A stretch of DNA of 64,000 bases from Octopus vulgaris (lineage: Eukaryota), in assembly GCA_951406725.2 (NCBI GenBank), contig OX597816.1, positions 156,612,001 to 156,676,000 of the forward strand. Reading direction: 5' to 3'. Below are positions 1-12,300 of this stretch, one piece after another. Every line of letters begins with the position of its first letter. Position 1 is the first letter of the stretch. Both the position numbers and the translations under genes were made by a program. The notes below the pieces were generated by a model. That model was given only the letters and a program-made list of their open reading frames with translations. It had not been told where the DNA came from and ran no database searches.

Positions 1-27
1 ATGCATACATTTATAATCACACGCACG

Positions 28-73
<46 letters not shown>

Positions 74-212
74 CATATATATATATATACATATATACAT
101 ACACATCTCCTACATATTTATCAATATTCCCAGAAACATACGTATGCATAGGTATCTCTCTCTCTCGCTCTCTCTCGCTCTCTCTCTCTCTCTCGCTCTC
201 TCTCGCTCTCTG

Positions 213-243
<31 letters not shown>

Positions 244-244
244 G

Positions 245-330
<86 letters not shown>

Positions 331-390
331 TATATATGCATGTATATAAATATATATATATATATATATACATGCATATATATATACACG
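1..390. repeat. Compound microsatellite (CA)n/(CT)n/(TA)n
   Basis: Directly visible dinucleotide runs; source of spurious YIYI ORFs. Confidence 0.97.
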
Positions 391-792
391 TACCCGCCCA
401 CAAGCAAATTTGCAGATTCTCTAACGCAACGGACAGGAGGCTACGCAGTATTGCTTCCGATCCTCTGTGCTTCCGAATCTATGTGAATGCAATTCTTGCT
501 GCATTCCGATTTCGTTTTTATCCTTTCGGATTCGATAATAATGTATGAAAGCAAGATAATAGATTCGTAAACCGCACGTTTGCCTTGTGGTGTTTGCTCC
601 ATCCGTCTGCTGTTGAGTTCAAATCTATATAGATTCAACCGGTTCTTTTCTTAAATGCCATTATCTATTTTAGAGACACTATAGCAGAGATTATTCTTCT
701 GCAATTATGCAAGCTAGTTTTCAGGTTTGAAAATAACTTGCTTACTTTCTCGCACTAGTTACACAAACGCTGACCTGTGGAGTAAGTTACTG

Positions 793-1076
793 GGATCTTT
801 TCGCTTTGACCGGCAGATTTTTAAAATAATTTCTTTGTAACTAAACACTTGTTGTTGACAAAGATCCGGAGATATTGTATTCACCTCAATAGACTTCATT
901 TATTGGTTGAAATTGCCGAAATGCAAGAAATTAAACAACAAATATCTTACAAACTACAGAATTCCTTCAAGAAAGCCAAGAGAAAAAGATGTTTTATAAA
1001 CACATTCTACGAAGTTTAAAAGTGTTTAGTTACAAAGAAATTATTAAAAACATCTGCCGGTCAAAGCGAAAGATCC
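793..1076. mobile_element. MITE, Merlin-like (GG...CC ends, 8-bp TSD)
   Basis: ~58-bp TIRs GGATCTTTTCGCTTTGACCGGCAGAT.../...ATCTGCCGGTCAAAGCGAAAGATCC; identical flanks AGTTACTG at 785-792 and 1077-1084. Confidence 0.85.
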
Positions 1077-1864
1077 AGTTACTGAGTGTTTAAATAAGAC
1101 TAAGGAACTAAACCTCTGCAGAAACTAAATGCGCAAACCTAAATGCAGATATCTACGACTATATCTAACCAAAATCTAGCAACACCTGCATTTCCATGGG
1201 ACCTGCTAAATTATTGATTATATTTCTTTTGTTGCTTATCTGTGAGTGAAGAGGTGATTAGTGTATTTGCTGCTAGGCACCGGCTTCTAGAGATAGCAAC
1301 AACACAGAGATGTAATGAAGCTGCTGTCTCTGCAATATCGATGACCAACTACGAAAAAAGGAAAACCTGTATAAAATGCTTGCAATGCATTTTTGATTCC
1401 TTTAGGAAGTGCACCGCCATTATGCGTATAATTAGTGTATTGAGAATAGATGGTTGCAGTTAGTATCTATAATTCGATATTTTGACATAGTGGTCGAACA
1501 GAACTGAATTTGCTTGACCTTAGGTACCAAAATATGTGCACTGGCACACCGCAGAAACTATAAATGGTGATCTTACCAGGAAATTTATGTATTGATATTT
1601 TAGGCAAAGTATATGGAAAAGATTAAGCTCAATAGATGAGATTTGTACACTGTCCAAGTTACCGCACAGAGCAAATAGTTACGCAAGATGATATTGGCGT
1701 CAATTTAAAATTCGAGCTATCTTATCTTCAACGAATCTATGTCGTAGTTTCCGAAAGCTACACTCGCGTTGCATGAGAGCACGTTGGCAATAATATAGGC
1801 AAATGAGAATACTGTACTCCTAGAATATTCTGAATTATCCCAACTTATATCTCCTTAATCACAT

Positions 1865-1968
1865 TTAGGTAAAGTTAATTTCGGCAGAATTTGATCTCAG
1901 GACGTAAAGAAGAACAATATACCCCAAAGCATTTTGCCTGGTCTGCTAACGATTCTAACATCTCACCG
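1865..1968 (-). mobile_element. Degraded 5' part of tRNA-derived SINE family 2
   Basis: Reverse complement resembles the head of the SINE at 32221. Confidence 0.6.
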
Positions 1969-4129
1969 GCTCTTTTTTATATATATGATTGTCTCCTATC
2001 AAGTGTAAAAATGAACCTTCGTTGTCTTTCAGTGACTTGTGTTCCAATACTATTGCACAAAGGTGATTGATTTATATCCAAGACAAATGTTCGTCGAAAC
2101 GCTTTGACATTGCATTGCAGACAATGCAAAATCAGTAAGAAATGCCGTTTAATAGCATTAGTATTTATAACAATGATATTCCGGCCTACGATTAAGTAAG
2201 TTAAATAAGCCTAAATATTTTATTCTGATAGAGTATTTCCTACAATTGTTGCATTTGTAGGAAATGTAAACGAGCAAAGCATTGCGGCAGTCTTGCTTCT
2301 TACACTTTTGCCTCTTTACTTAACCTGTTTCTCCCACTCAAATTTCCTGAATTAATATCCTATCGCGGCCTTTTCTGGCTTTGTCCTTCATCTCCTGCTG
2401 ATCAATGAAATGTCATTGAAATATTCGATGAAATGTCCTGTAGTTAATCAATATTGACCCATCATGCTTGGCGTTTTGTAGGTAGATGTATGATCACTTC
2501 TCCAATAACGATGTCAAGCAATTCGAACGTAGTACTGTTAGTCGATGAATGAAACACACGCCACTCAGTCAATATCAAAGGTCTTCGGATGTTCTAATTT
2601 GCTTCATCATTGCATCCATTTTATAACATGGTGGATTGAACTTGCTTAGAGGTGAAGCCCACTGCTTTCCATGGAAGAAAACATGGTTGACAGAATAAGA
2701 AAATATTGCTTCTGCAACTCACAAGCCAATACACAGGCGTACACCCGCAAACTCATGTCCTCCCTTTCTTTTTTCTTTTTCTTACACTCTCCATAGCCAT
2801 TGTCATACCGAGACCAATTGAATCTAATGTAGCTTCACCTCCAACGAAAAGGCATTATTCCAAAATAAAAGAAATATAATTAACGTTTATTATTCTCTTC
2901 AAAATGAGCAGTCAATAAATTCAATGCGAAAGTAATGCAAGATTGAACTGGAATGATTTCTTATCCAATGAATCTTAATCACTATATCGAATATTAAGTG
3001 GGTCAACAGAAATATGATCGGTTCACTTCGATCTCCCGCTAACTGCCTCATTGATAAAAGAGAATTTTATTTGTGATCGAATATTGTGCAAGTTGAGTAA
3101 AACAGCTTAAGTGAAATGTGGAAGATATTTTGGTGGTTAACATTTATAATGGCAATAAAGGAAGAAAAATGTTTGCGAATATTATTCTTTTGTATAATAT
3201 TCTGAGTTATGGAACCCTCGTTTCAAACTTGATACACGAAACAAAAGCGAAGTGTTCAAGCAATAGCCATACAAATAATGAGTTATGGGATTCACAGTAA
3301 TATTAGAGATAAAGAGTTTTCATAATTAACTTGTAAGATTTTGGCATCTATATGAATACATGTAAATAAATTGATGTATATGTTTAAATGTGTCAGTAGA
3401 TGGATATTACATGGAAAGCATCACCTTTAAGCTTTCGTCAAAATTCAAACGGGGATATTTTTGGAATATTCCCCACTAATGTCATATTCGTAGTGAATAA
3501 CAAATGAGTCGAAAATCAACGTTTACATTCTTTAGGTGACAAATAGTTTCAATATAAATTTTTCATCTTCGATTTCTTTCATGATTAATTGCCTATTTCT
3601 TATAAATATTGATTGTTCAGTAATTCTTTATCATTTATTACTTCAATTTATTTCTTTCATGTGAAGCTTCGGGGTGAAAGTTTCCAATATTCAGGTCGAA
3701 ATGTCGAATTCCCGTCTTCTGTCTTTGTCAAATGGAAATAATAGAATTGCCATTGAAGCACACTAACCCGAAACATCGCCTTTGCATGAATATTCATAAA
3801 ACATCAAAGCTGTCTGCGAGCAGATCTAAACTAAAAGGTGAAGAAAATGGCTGAATGCTGACCATTGATTAAAAAAAGTAATGATAAATGATTTAGTATT
3901 TCCCCTTATATATCGTTAACCAGCTCGGTGAATAAATCATTAACTATATTTCTTTGATAGAAGAAATATTTCATAATTCAACAAACATTGCTTTTAATAA
4001 ACTTTTGTTCGTGATCTGTAGTGATGGCTGTTGTGTTAGTTTAGAATTTATTATAATGTTAAATTTATGTTTCGTTTCCACGTAATATAACAACGACTCA
4101 TTTATTTTGTATTATAAGAGATTGACAGA

Positions 4130-5195
4130 GCAGGTTTCATTATAAAAATGCAAATGACATTGACGTGAAACTCAAAAGATTTATGTCCAAAATGCGAGCC
4201 TTATCACTTAAGTTTGTCCCAGACAAAAAAAACAATACACGCGAAAACATTATACCTCGACATAGCAGAATCATATTTAGACAAAAAATAAAGGTCTCAC
4301 ATCACTTAAATAAGAACTTAATGACAACTAGAAGTCCAACCATAAAAAAGACAATTTTATAAATGAAAAATACAACCCAGCTGCTTCCCGGAAAATAGAA
4401 AAGGAAGCCAGGCAGTTGCAAAAATAAAACCGAAACCTAAGGCCGTTTACAAATTTGCAAGAGAATCTGCTTCTGTACGCTACAAGGTAGGGCACTGTTT
4501 CAAAAACGATGTTGACCCCATGAAGTTAAGCGAACTTTTCAGTAAACATTTCTAAAATGTTTTCACTTCTCCACTTAGAAGTATACAAATAAGCAAGCCA
4601 GTTGAGTTCTTCAACTTCGCAAATCTACACAGGGAAGAGACAGCCCTCGATTACATCGGTATAAAAGAAAATGTAATATTGGCCATTTGAGTTTAATTCA
4701 TACTCAGCGGCGTGCCTAGCGGTTTTCCAGCTGTTCTTTTACAAATATGCAAAACAGCTCTTATAAACGACTGCAGAAACTTTACCACAGTGGCCTAGGC
4801 TTCGACAACAACTATCATAGTTGACATATCGCAATTTGCGTGATCGTTGTATCGTCAGAGAAGAAGTGGAATGGTGCATAACTTTTTGTTTTTGGAAGAT
4901 ATATAAGATATACCAAGTAGTCGCATCCAGCTAATGTTGGTGGTGGCTTTCTCAGATATACGTTCAGTCATTCAGAGAGTCGGTCTCAATGGGTATGCAG
5001 ATAATACAAAGGTATCTCAATCAGTCAAGGACCTGGAAATGAGCTGAAGTAGGCAACATACAATTCAATGATGTGACGTTTCAAGTATTCTTATGTACAT
5101 CCACGAGCAGATGGCAGTCAGAATTACAAAGGACCAGGGTGCATTTTGTGTCTGCATCACTACATGTCTTGGGAATATTCATGAGTGATGCTATT
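4130..5195 (+). pseudogene. Heavily degraded CR1-group LINE ORF2 remnant
   Basis: Broken translation parallels the LINE at 22630-25345 (KLSELFSKHF..VFTSPL; GFPAVLL; GYADNTKVSQ ~ SYADDTKVSQ). Confidence 0.7.
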
Positions 5196-5214
5196 CGTTC
5201 CTTTTTCGAGGGAC

Positions 5215-5606
5215 AAACACGGCGCCTAATAATTAACGTATCATGAAAGAAAGGGAAAAGGACGGCAGATATAGTGACCTGAAATTTGAGATCTTTTAAG
5301 ATGTGGTAGTTGCGAGGATCAAATATAAAATTTGTTCCTGTTGTCATTGGAGCACTGAGTGCAATGTCTCCCAACCTGAAGACACATCTGGGCACTTGAG
5401 AAATACCCTCCAATCTCGGTGTATTGCAAAAAGTAGGATTTACTTGGAACTGTATGCATACTTCATAAAGTACGGTTCATCTGAAGTCCTTGTTGTGACT
5501 TGGCAGAAAGTACAATCCCCCGGTAAATACAATATCTTCAATCAACATCACAATATTGAATACTATGCGACATCTTAAACAACAACAACAATAATAATTA
5601 TAATAA
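5215..5606 (+). mobile_element. 3' end of RLE-type LINE (R4/Dong-like) with (AAC/AAT)n tail
   Basis: EREKDGRYSDLKFEI...VPVVIGAL...LQK..LLGT motif typical of a restriction-like endonuclease C-terminus. Confidence 0.7.
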
Positions 5607-5688
5607 GACAGTTACTGTCAGGAGGAACTGTATACATTTCCCGATTGTGGGATTTTCCAGTTCTAACAAATAAAAAGTTAGATATAAT

Positions 5689-6210
5689 AACAAGAGCACT
5701 CAGAGAGCGCAAAACGCAGCCAAGGCAACACCAACGTCCTCTCAATGATTAGCCAGTGATTAATTTAAAAATGAATATATATTAAATAAACTCGACTGCT
5801 CTCACAAAAATAAGCCCGACCGTTCTCAAAAATCAAGTAAAAAACAACAGGGAAAATAATCCAGAATCCTTGTCCGGTACCTTATCAGTTCGTGCCAGTC
5901 ACAAGGCTAAACATCTCTGAACGTTTCATCCGAATCCATCCTGCGGTTCTTGAGGCATCTTGTCCATGGACAAACAAACAAACACGGCTGCACATTGATC
6001 TGCTGCATATTGTTGCATCAGACGTATACTTTTTATTATGCCATTGAACCTGTCCTTTCTTATCTGAAGCCGATAAGAATAAAAGTCACATTCGGTGATG
6101 TTTTGCTTCGGTCATTGTCTTTCAAGAGCACATTCTAGCTATCTTTGCCATAGCGAAACAGAAGTACATAATGCAACAATATGCAGTAGATCCGCCAAGG
6201 CGGAGGTAAT
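5689..6210 (-). mobile_element. Non-autonomous Helentron/HINE-like element
   Basis: Minus strand starts TTATTACCTCCGCC, has a (GTTT)n tract and ends with stem-loop GCGCTC-TCT-GAGTGC then TCTTGTT; the same 3' end recurs at 34656-34708. Confidence 0.6.
5997..6192. mobile_element. Small MITE-like insertion with 22-bp TIRs
   Basis: GATCTGCTGCATATTGTTGCAT ... ATGCAACAATATGCAGTAGATC (1 mismatch); no clear TSD. Confidence 0.6.
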
Positions 6211-6269
6211 AAACAAAGAAACACAAATAGGATTACTAATCCTTCATATCTGTATGATTCCAGGATTCT

Positions 6270-6570
6270 GAAGAAAGATGAAAAATTAAAATATAACTTA
6301 CAATCCTTTAAAATGGCAAGTATTTGGAATATGCGAGGGTAAAGGTTGTACCTGCAATAATTCATGTAGTAGGGGCTATGAGTAAATATATAGACAGATG
6401 GTTAAAGGCAAGTGGAATATGATGTCCTGCAGACCTTTTACAGAAAATTTACTTATTACAGCAGAACAGGAAAAAACCAACAGAAGGCTTTTGAGCACTT
6501 GAAGGCTTCTAGGATTCATGTTGATATCCAGGGTTACAGGGTTACCCACTACCTACATACAAGAAATAAA
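6270..6570 (+). mobile_element. Degraded RLE-type LINE 3' fragment
   Basis: VKVVPAII..VGAMSKYIDRWL..LLQK-like C-terminal motif. Confidence 0.5.
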
Positions 6571-6949
6571 CATTTGTGAGTTAAGTAAAAAAGATAATAG
6601 TAATGATGAGGAGGAGGACGACGACGTAAACGACTACGGTCATGACGATGATCATAATCGGGATAATTATTGCAAAGCTGATGAATTTGTTATAATTGTA
6701 GCGTGATAATATATTTCTTTTACTACGCAATTCCCCGAGAGAGGACATATTATATACTTAGTACACTAGCAATTCAGATTAGCCAAGTTGATAATTAACT
6801 GACTATTAGTAATTTGGCAAACGTGGTATACCAAATTGTACGTTATAGTTGCATGAGTGTATGTGCGTTTTTGCGTATACACATATACACAGGTACTGAA
6901 ATATATATGTTTGTGCATGAGCGCGCGCGTGTGTGTATTGGTATCTATA

Positions 6950-8173
6950 AAGGGTTTGGACAAAATAATGGAAACAACTTAAACTTTCAAACAAATTTAT
7001 TTTAATATGGGCTACGCACCACTTTTGGCAGTAATTACACCTTGAATTCTATGAGGTATGGACTCGTACAAAGTTTGAATTGTTTCCAAAGGAATTTTTG
7101 TCCATTCTTCAGCTAAAACAATCTTCAGTTCTTGTAGTGATGATGGTGGAGGATATCGACTCCTTACTTGTTTTTCTAAAATACACCATAAACGTTCAAT
7201 AATATTAAGATTTGGGGACTGTGGTGACCAGATAAGATGTTCAAATTCACTAGAATATTCCTCGTGCCATTCAGTAACAATTTTAGCTGTTTGAATTGTT
7301 GCATTATCATCCTGAAAGATTGCCTTTTGCTCCGGAAACAGTTCCACAAACATAGGATAAATTTGATCAGATAAAATGCATAAATAGTCTTGACTATTAA
7401 TCCTGACATGAAGGGAAACCATAGGGCCTGCGGATTTGTAAGATATAGCCCCCCCCCGCTTCCGATCATCACAGATCCTCCTCCATATTTAACAGTTGGA
7501 AGAAGGCAGTCTGGATCAAATGCTTATTTTGGATATCTCCACACGTATTCTCGGCCGGTGGTCCGAAATAACTCGTCCGAGAAAATAACATTCTTCTACC
7601 CTAGGAACCAATTCGCTAGGTTTTACTCCACTCAAAAAGCTTTGCAACGTTTTTTGTAAAGTAATGGTTTTCTGATTGTACATCTCCCCCGTGAAATCCG
7701 GCTTTGTACAGCTCTGTGAAAACTGGTTTCTCGCGGTGGTCATTAAGCTTTGCAGTAATTTTGGGAGCAGTATTTTTGTGATCTTTTCTAACAATTCGCG
7801 TAAGAGTCCGGCGGTCCCTATCTGAAAGTTTTGGTTTACTTCCAGAGTTTTGTTTCGGCGAGGAGGTTTTTTCCATCTTTCTCAAAGGCTATCATTACTT
7901 TCGAGACAGTACTTCTTGATACAGCAAACATTTCGGCTGTTTTCCTTACGCTAGCGCCTGCCACACGAGCACGAACGATTTGACCACTTTAAAGGTCCGA
8001 TAAATCTGTCATTTTAATGAATTTTAATTACCTTTTTTCAGATGATATATATCTGAAACTAAACAGTAATTTTGGCAAAAAATATTAAGCAATATTAATA
8101 ATAAATAAAAACAAAACATAAAAATAAACAAGCTTCTGGCGCTAGGTGTCTCCATTATTTTGTCCAACCCCTG
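6950..8173 (-). mobile_element. Tc1-family DNA transposon with frameshifted DD34E transposase
   Basis: ~30-bp TIRs (CAGGGGTTGGACAAAATAATGGAAACACCT-like), TA on the left; ATG at 8012; HTH region KLSDRDRRTL; IFQDDNA...WSPQSPNLNIIERLW in ORF 7012..7422. Confidence 0.92.
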
Positions 8174-8640
8174 TGTGTATCTTGAGGCCTGCTGATGTCT
8201 TACAAACCTTTTCGTAAATAGAACATGTTGAGGATTCACTTTGCTCGAGTGTATGTAATTTATTTATAAATTTCTGCACCGTATCACAAAATCACAATAA
8301 CCAAGGGTTTATGGAAAGATACAAGGATGCACTTTGTGATGACAAAAAAAGGCAAAGCCACGTAGGAAAACCAACAGAATTCCTTTACAACGAGGTCCTG
8401 CTTTCCATCAAAGTAAGATTGGCCAGAGAAATCGCAATTGCAAATCTTGGTCTTCAGAGCCAGATTTGGAAAGTAAACTAGATGTTGTGCCAATCATTCT
8501 GCAGGAAGATTTTGATAAAGCTGCACTCCAACGCCAAATGCTGAACCTGCCTTTAACCATGTTGTTTGATCAGTTATAAACAAGGAGCAAAAAATATTTT
8601 GCTTGAACGCGAATGGTGGCTCAGAGAAAACTTACACAAT

Positions 8641-8967
8641 CAATCGACCCCAGGACTTATTCTTTGTAAGCCTAGTACTTATTCTATCGGTTCTTTTGCC
8701 GAACCGCTAAGTTACGGGGACGTAAACACACCAGCATCGGGTGTCAAGCGATGTTGGAGGTCAACCATAGACACACAAACACACACACACACACATATAT
8801 ATATACATACACATATATACGATGCGCTTCTTTTAGTTTCCGTCTATTAAATCCACTGACAAGGCTTTGGTCGGCCTGAGGCTATAGTAGGTGCCACGCA
8901 GTAGGACTGGACCCGGTACCATGTGGTTGGTAAGCAAGCTACTTACCACACAGCCATTCCTGCGCCT
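8641..8967 (-). mobile_element. tRNA-derived SINE family 1 (CORE-like; resembles octopus OR SINEs)
   Basis: Reverse complement of the copies at 18124 and 41477; A/B-box-like head and internal (TA/TG)n. Confidence 0.85.
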
Positions 8968-9160
8968 ATATATAATTTTTCGAAATTATTCAATACAGCA
9001 ATAGAAAAATACTCTCCTAAAAATCACAACTATCGTGGAATTTTTAACAAACACAAAATCCGTTTGGTTTATTTTAATAGTCGAAACATTGAACAAATAA
9101 TAAAGGACCACAACGAAAACATAATCTCGAAAGTCTGCAAGAAACTATTCTAACCAAAGT
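8968..9160 (+). mobile_element. Penelope-like element RT thumb fragment
   Basis: FNTAIEKYSPKNHNYRGIFNKHKIRLVY..RNIEQIIKDHN resembles the PLE motif IDKHFP..H.L.KIFN...K.SYS..N...II..HN. Confidence 0.6.
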
Positions 9161-9228
9161 GGAAAAGTGAATATTCAGGATAATAATAGTAATATAAACG
9201 ATGTCAAACTGAATATAAAAGCTGATAT

Positions 9229-10100
9229 ATTGGGTTGGCAACTAAGTTCCCGCCGTTTTTAAAATTTTGGAATTTATTGCGTTTTTAAATTTGGAATCTA
9301 TTTTTTTTCGAGAATTCTATTTTTGAATCAATTTGGAATTTGTTTGTTTTTTCTTTTCTAGTTCATTTTATTTTTTTATTTTTTTTCAGATCATTAAAAT
9401 GGAATGTGAATTTAAGAAAAACGAGCATTTTCGACACCGCCTTCTCTTTGCTTTTAATCTAGGTTCTAAGGTTGCAAAAGCTGCTTCCGACATTTGTGTT
9501 GTGTATGGAGAGGGTGCCATAGCTGAAAGAACTGCTCATGATTGATATGCCAAGTTAAAAAATGAAAACTTTGACCTCAAATTCGCATCTGGTTCTGACA
9601 TCAAGTTGAGTTCTTTGAAGAGCGATTAAACCAACTTTTGCACGAAAATTCTCGTCAAACGACAAGGGAACTGGCAGGGGAAATGGAATGCTCCCACACT
9701 GCTAAAGGGAAACATCTTCACTCGATGGGAGAGGTTCATAAGTATGGAGCGTGACTTCCGCATGCTTAAAGTGACAACAGCAAAAATCAACGAGCCAGAA
9801 TCTCCGCTGGTTTGCTTGTTCGTCACCGCTCAACTCATGGACACAAGTAACGATTTCTTTACTGAATCGTTACTGGCGATGAAAAATGATGCCTGTACAT
9901 TAATATGAAGCAATGTAAGGAATGGCTTAGCCTCGATAAAAAAACCGACACCTCGCGTGAAACAAGAGATTCATCCTCGTAAAACGATGTTGTGCGGGAT
10001 GGGATTATCCATTACGAATTGCTTGAACAGAACCAAACGGTCAATGCGGAACTCTAAGTTCAACAGATGAAACGACTCAACACGGCTATTCAAGACAAAA
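9229..10100 (+). mobile_element. mariner transposon, 3'-truncated, degraded transposase
   Basis: Left TIR TTGGGTTGGCAACTAAGTTCC; EHFRHRLLFAF..ICVVYGEGAIAERT (HTH); IVTGDEK first catalytic D; IIHYELL. Confidence 0.88.
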
Positions 10101-10925
10101 GTTTTACAAGTTTTTGCAGTTCCAGTGATGGCTTGGTTCAGTAGTCTTCAAATTAGCTTCTTCCTTTCTGCTTTTGAGAAGCCTAATTTCTCAAAATTGT
10201 TATTTAAGTAATGTATTACATATCGCAGTGCACCAATAATTACCTGAACTTGTAATCTAGATAGAGTAACTTCAGATTTCTCAATAGTTCATTCATCTTC
10301 AGCTTTATGTTAACATCCGCTGGGCAGCTGATTTCCACAGCTGTATACAATTTCTTTTCTATTTCCAAAATTAATACATCAGCTTTCATGTGTTTACATT
10401 TTATTGAGGTTTTCACTGGGACATTCAAGCGGTACACATATTTATTAAGAGTGACTATGGCTTCTTCCATACTGTGAGTTCTTATTTCTTTGTTTTCGAG
10501 ATTATTCTTCCTACAGATTTCATTATAGAGTGTCCTAGCTACAACACTATGTCTCATCGGTAGATGATACTGTGATGACATCTTCAGACTACTGCTTATG
10601 ATGTAGGTGATATCTTTGGTGTTAGCTCCAAAAAGTCTGCATCGTTTGTCACATTTTACTGCTTTTCCTTCATCTCTTTTCTACATCAGGTATTCGGTTG
10701 ATATTTCCTGTTTCTGGATAGCAAACTCATACATATCAAAGTGGAAGGTAGTAAGTAATTCGTTTCTTGGTCCATGATAGACTACTATGATGATCAATAT
10801 TACTGCCATCTTGGAGTTTTCTACTAACATTTGCATACATGGTCTTCCACTGATATGTGCTCATCCTTTTATCTGCTGATATGTTGTGGTAGCGTCGTGC
10901 TACTTGCTTGAGCACGTATTTAATG
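10101..10925 (-). mobile_element. RLE-type LINE (R4/Dong-like) fragment
   Basis: AIQ.QEI..CRL...MRHSVVARTLY...EISCPADVN..L.YLDYKF: zinc knuckle plus RLE. Confidence 0.75.
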
Positions 10926-11008
10926 TTATCAGATAAGTAATGCTGCCTTCTAAGTCTTATGATGTTATCAGCTGCCTGTATGCAAACTTGGCCAAGGGAT
11001 GCACTTTG

Positions 11009-11009
<1 letters not shown>

Positions 11010-11042
<33 letters not shown>

Positions 11043-11102
11043 TGTATGTATGTATGTATGTATGTATGTATGTATGTATGTATGCATGCATGTATGTATG
11101 TA
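11010..11102. repeat. (GTAT)n microsatellite
   Basis: Visible tetranucleotide run. Confidence 0.95.
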
Positions 11103-11569
11103 TTCTAAATATGCGAGCAATGAGAAAATTATTGCGATTAATTGTTATGAATCTCGTCGGATGTAATAAAGCATTTATCATTTGATTCTGGACGCAACAC
11201 ACATCAACAGTGACCTGGTAGGACGAGTGTATCAAAACGAGGCATTCAGCCACTTCATTTATAGAAGGCAACAGGTGTTATGAAAACAAACATGTAAACT
11301 AGGCGGTCAAATTTGAACGGACCTAAATACATTAATATTATACATACCCACCCGACTTAAAAGGTGAAGTAAGTACTAATTATAGGAGTTTATCCGCACA
11401 TTAGTTTTTACGAACTTCTGAAGTATGGATTCGCTTATATGATAAGAGGAATAATCAACATGTTATACATGATTAAACCAGTACCTGTTGACTGTGAACA
11501 TTGTAAGATTAGTGAAAATATGAATTTGTGAACAAGGTAGTAAAAATTGTATCTCGAATTCCATTATCA

Positions 11570-11675
11570 CACACAACAACACAGACCACTCCACACACAC
11601 ATACACATAAACGCACACTCAGTGACACACACACGTATGTATGTGTGTATGTATGTATGTATGTATGTATGTATG

Positions 11676-11706
<31 letters not shown>

Positions 11707-11977
11707 GTATGTATTATATTAATTCTTCACGGCATAGACATCATTCTTAATTCTCGGCGAATATCTAATTGTTGGCACTTTATGAAATAATGTATTTCCG
11801 AGTGCATCCCCAGCAGTGCCATATACCTTTCTGCCACCTTGGTGTCTCACTCTATCCACTTTCTCCCCCTCCCGCTCTCTCCCCCTCTCTCTGTGTCTTT
11901 CTCTCTGACTTCCTCTCTCGTTCTCTCTCTATACACATTTATATATATATGTATATTTGTATATTTATATGTATGTA

Positions 11978-12047
<70 letters not shown>

Positions 12048-12221
12048 TACATATATATGTATATATATAATATACATGTATGTGTTTATGTATATATATA
12101 TACACGTATATATGTATGTACATATATATATATATATGTACATATGTGTTTATGTATATATATATATATATATATATACATAAACTCATACATGTATATT
12201 ATATATATACATATATATGTA

Positions 12222-12278
<57 letters not shown>

Positions 12279-12300
12279 ATATGAATATATATGTGTATGT
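11570..12300. repeat. Compound microsatellites (CA, GTAT, CT, TA) with an internal ~56-bp inverted duplication
   Basis: Visible runs; ~12041-12096 is the reverse complement of ~12173-12228 with 1 mismatch. Confidence 0.9.

Noticed and set aside
1-548. Long ORFs rich in YI/HT/SL repeats (also at 11769-12307, 15143-15585, 31183-31754 and others)
   Set aside because: Translations of stop-free microsatellites, not proteins
415-625. Weak inverted similarity (CTAACGCAACGGACAGGAG vs CTCCATCCGTCTGCTGTTGAG)
   Set aside because: Too degenerate to separate from chance
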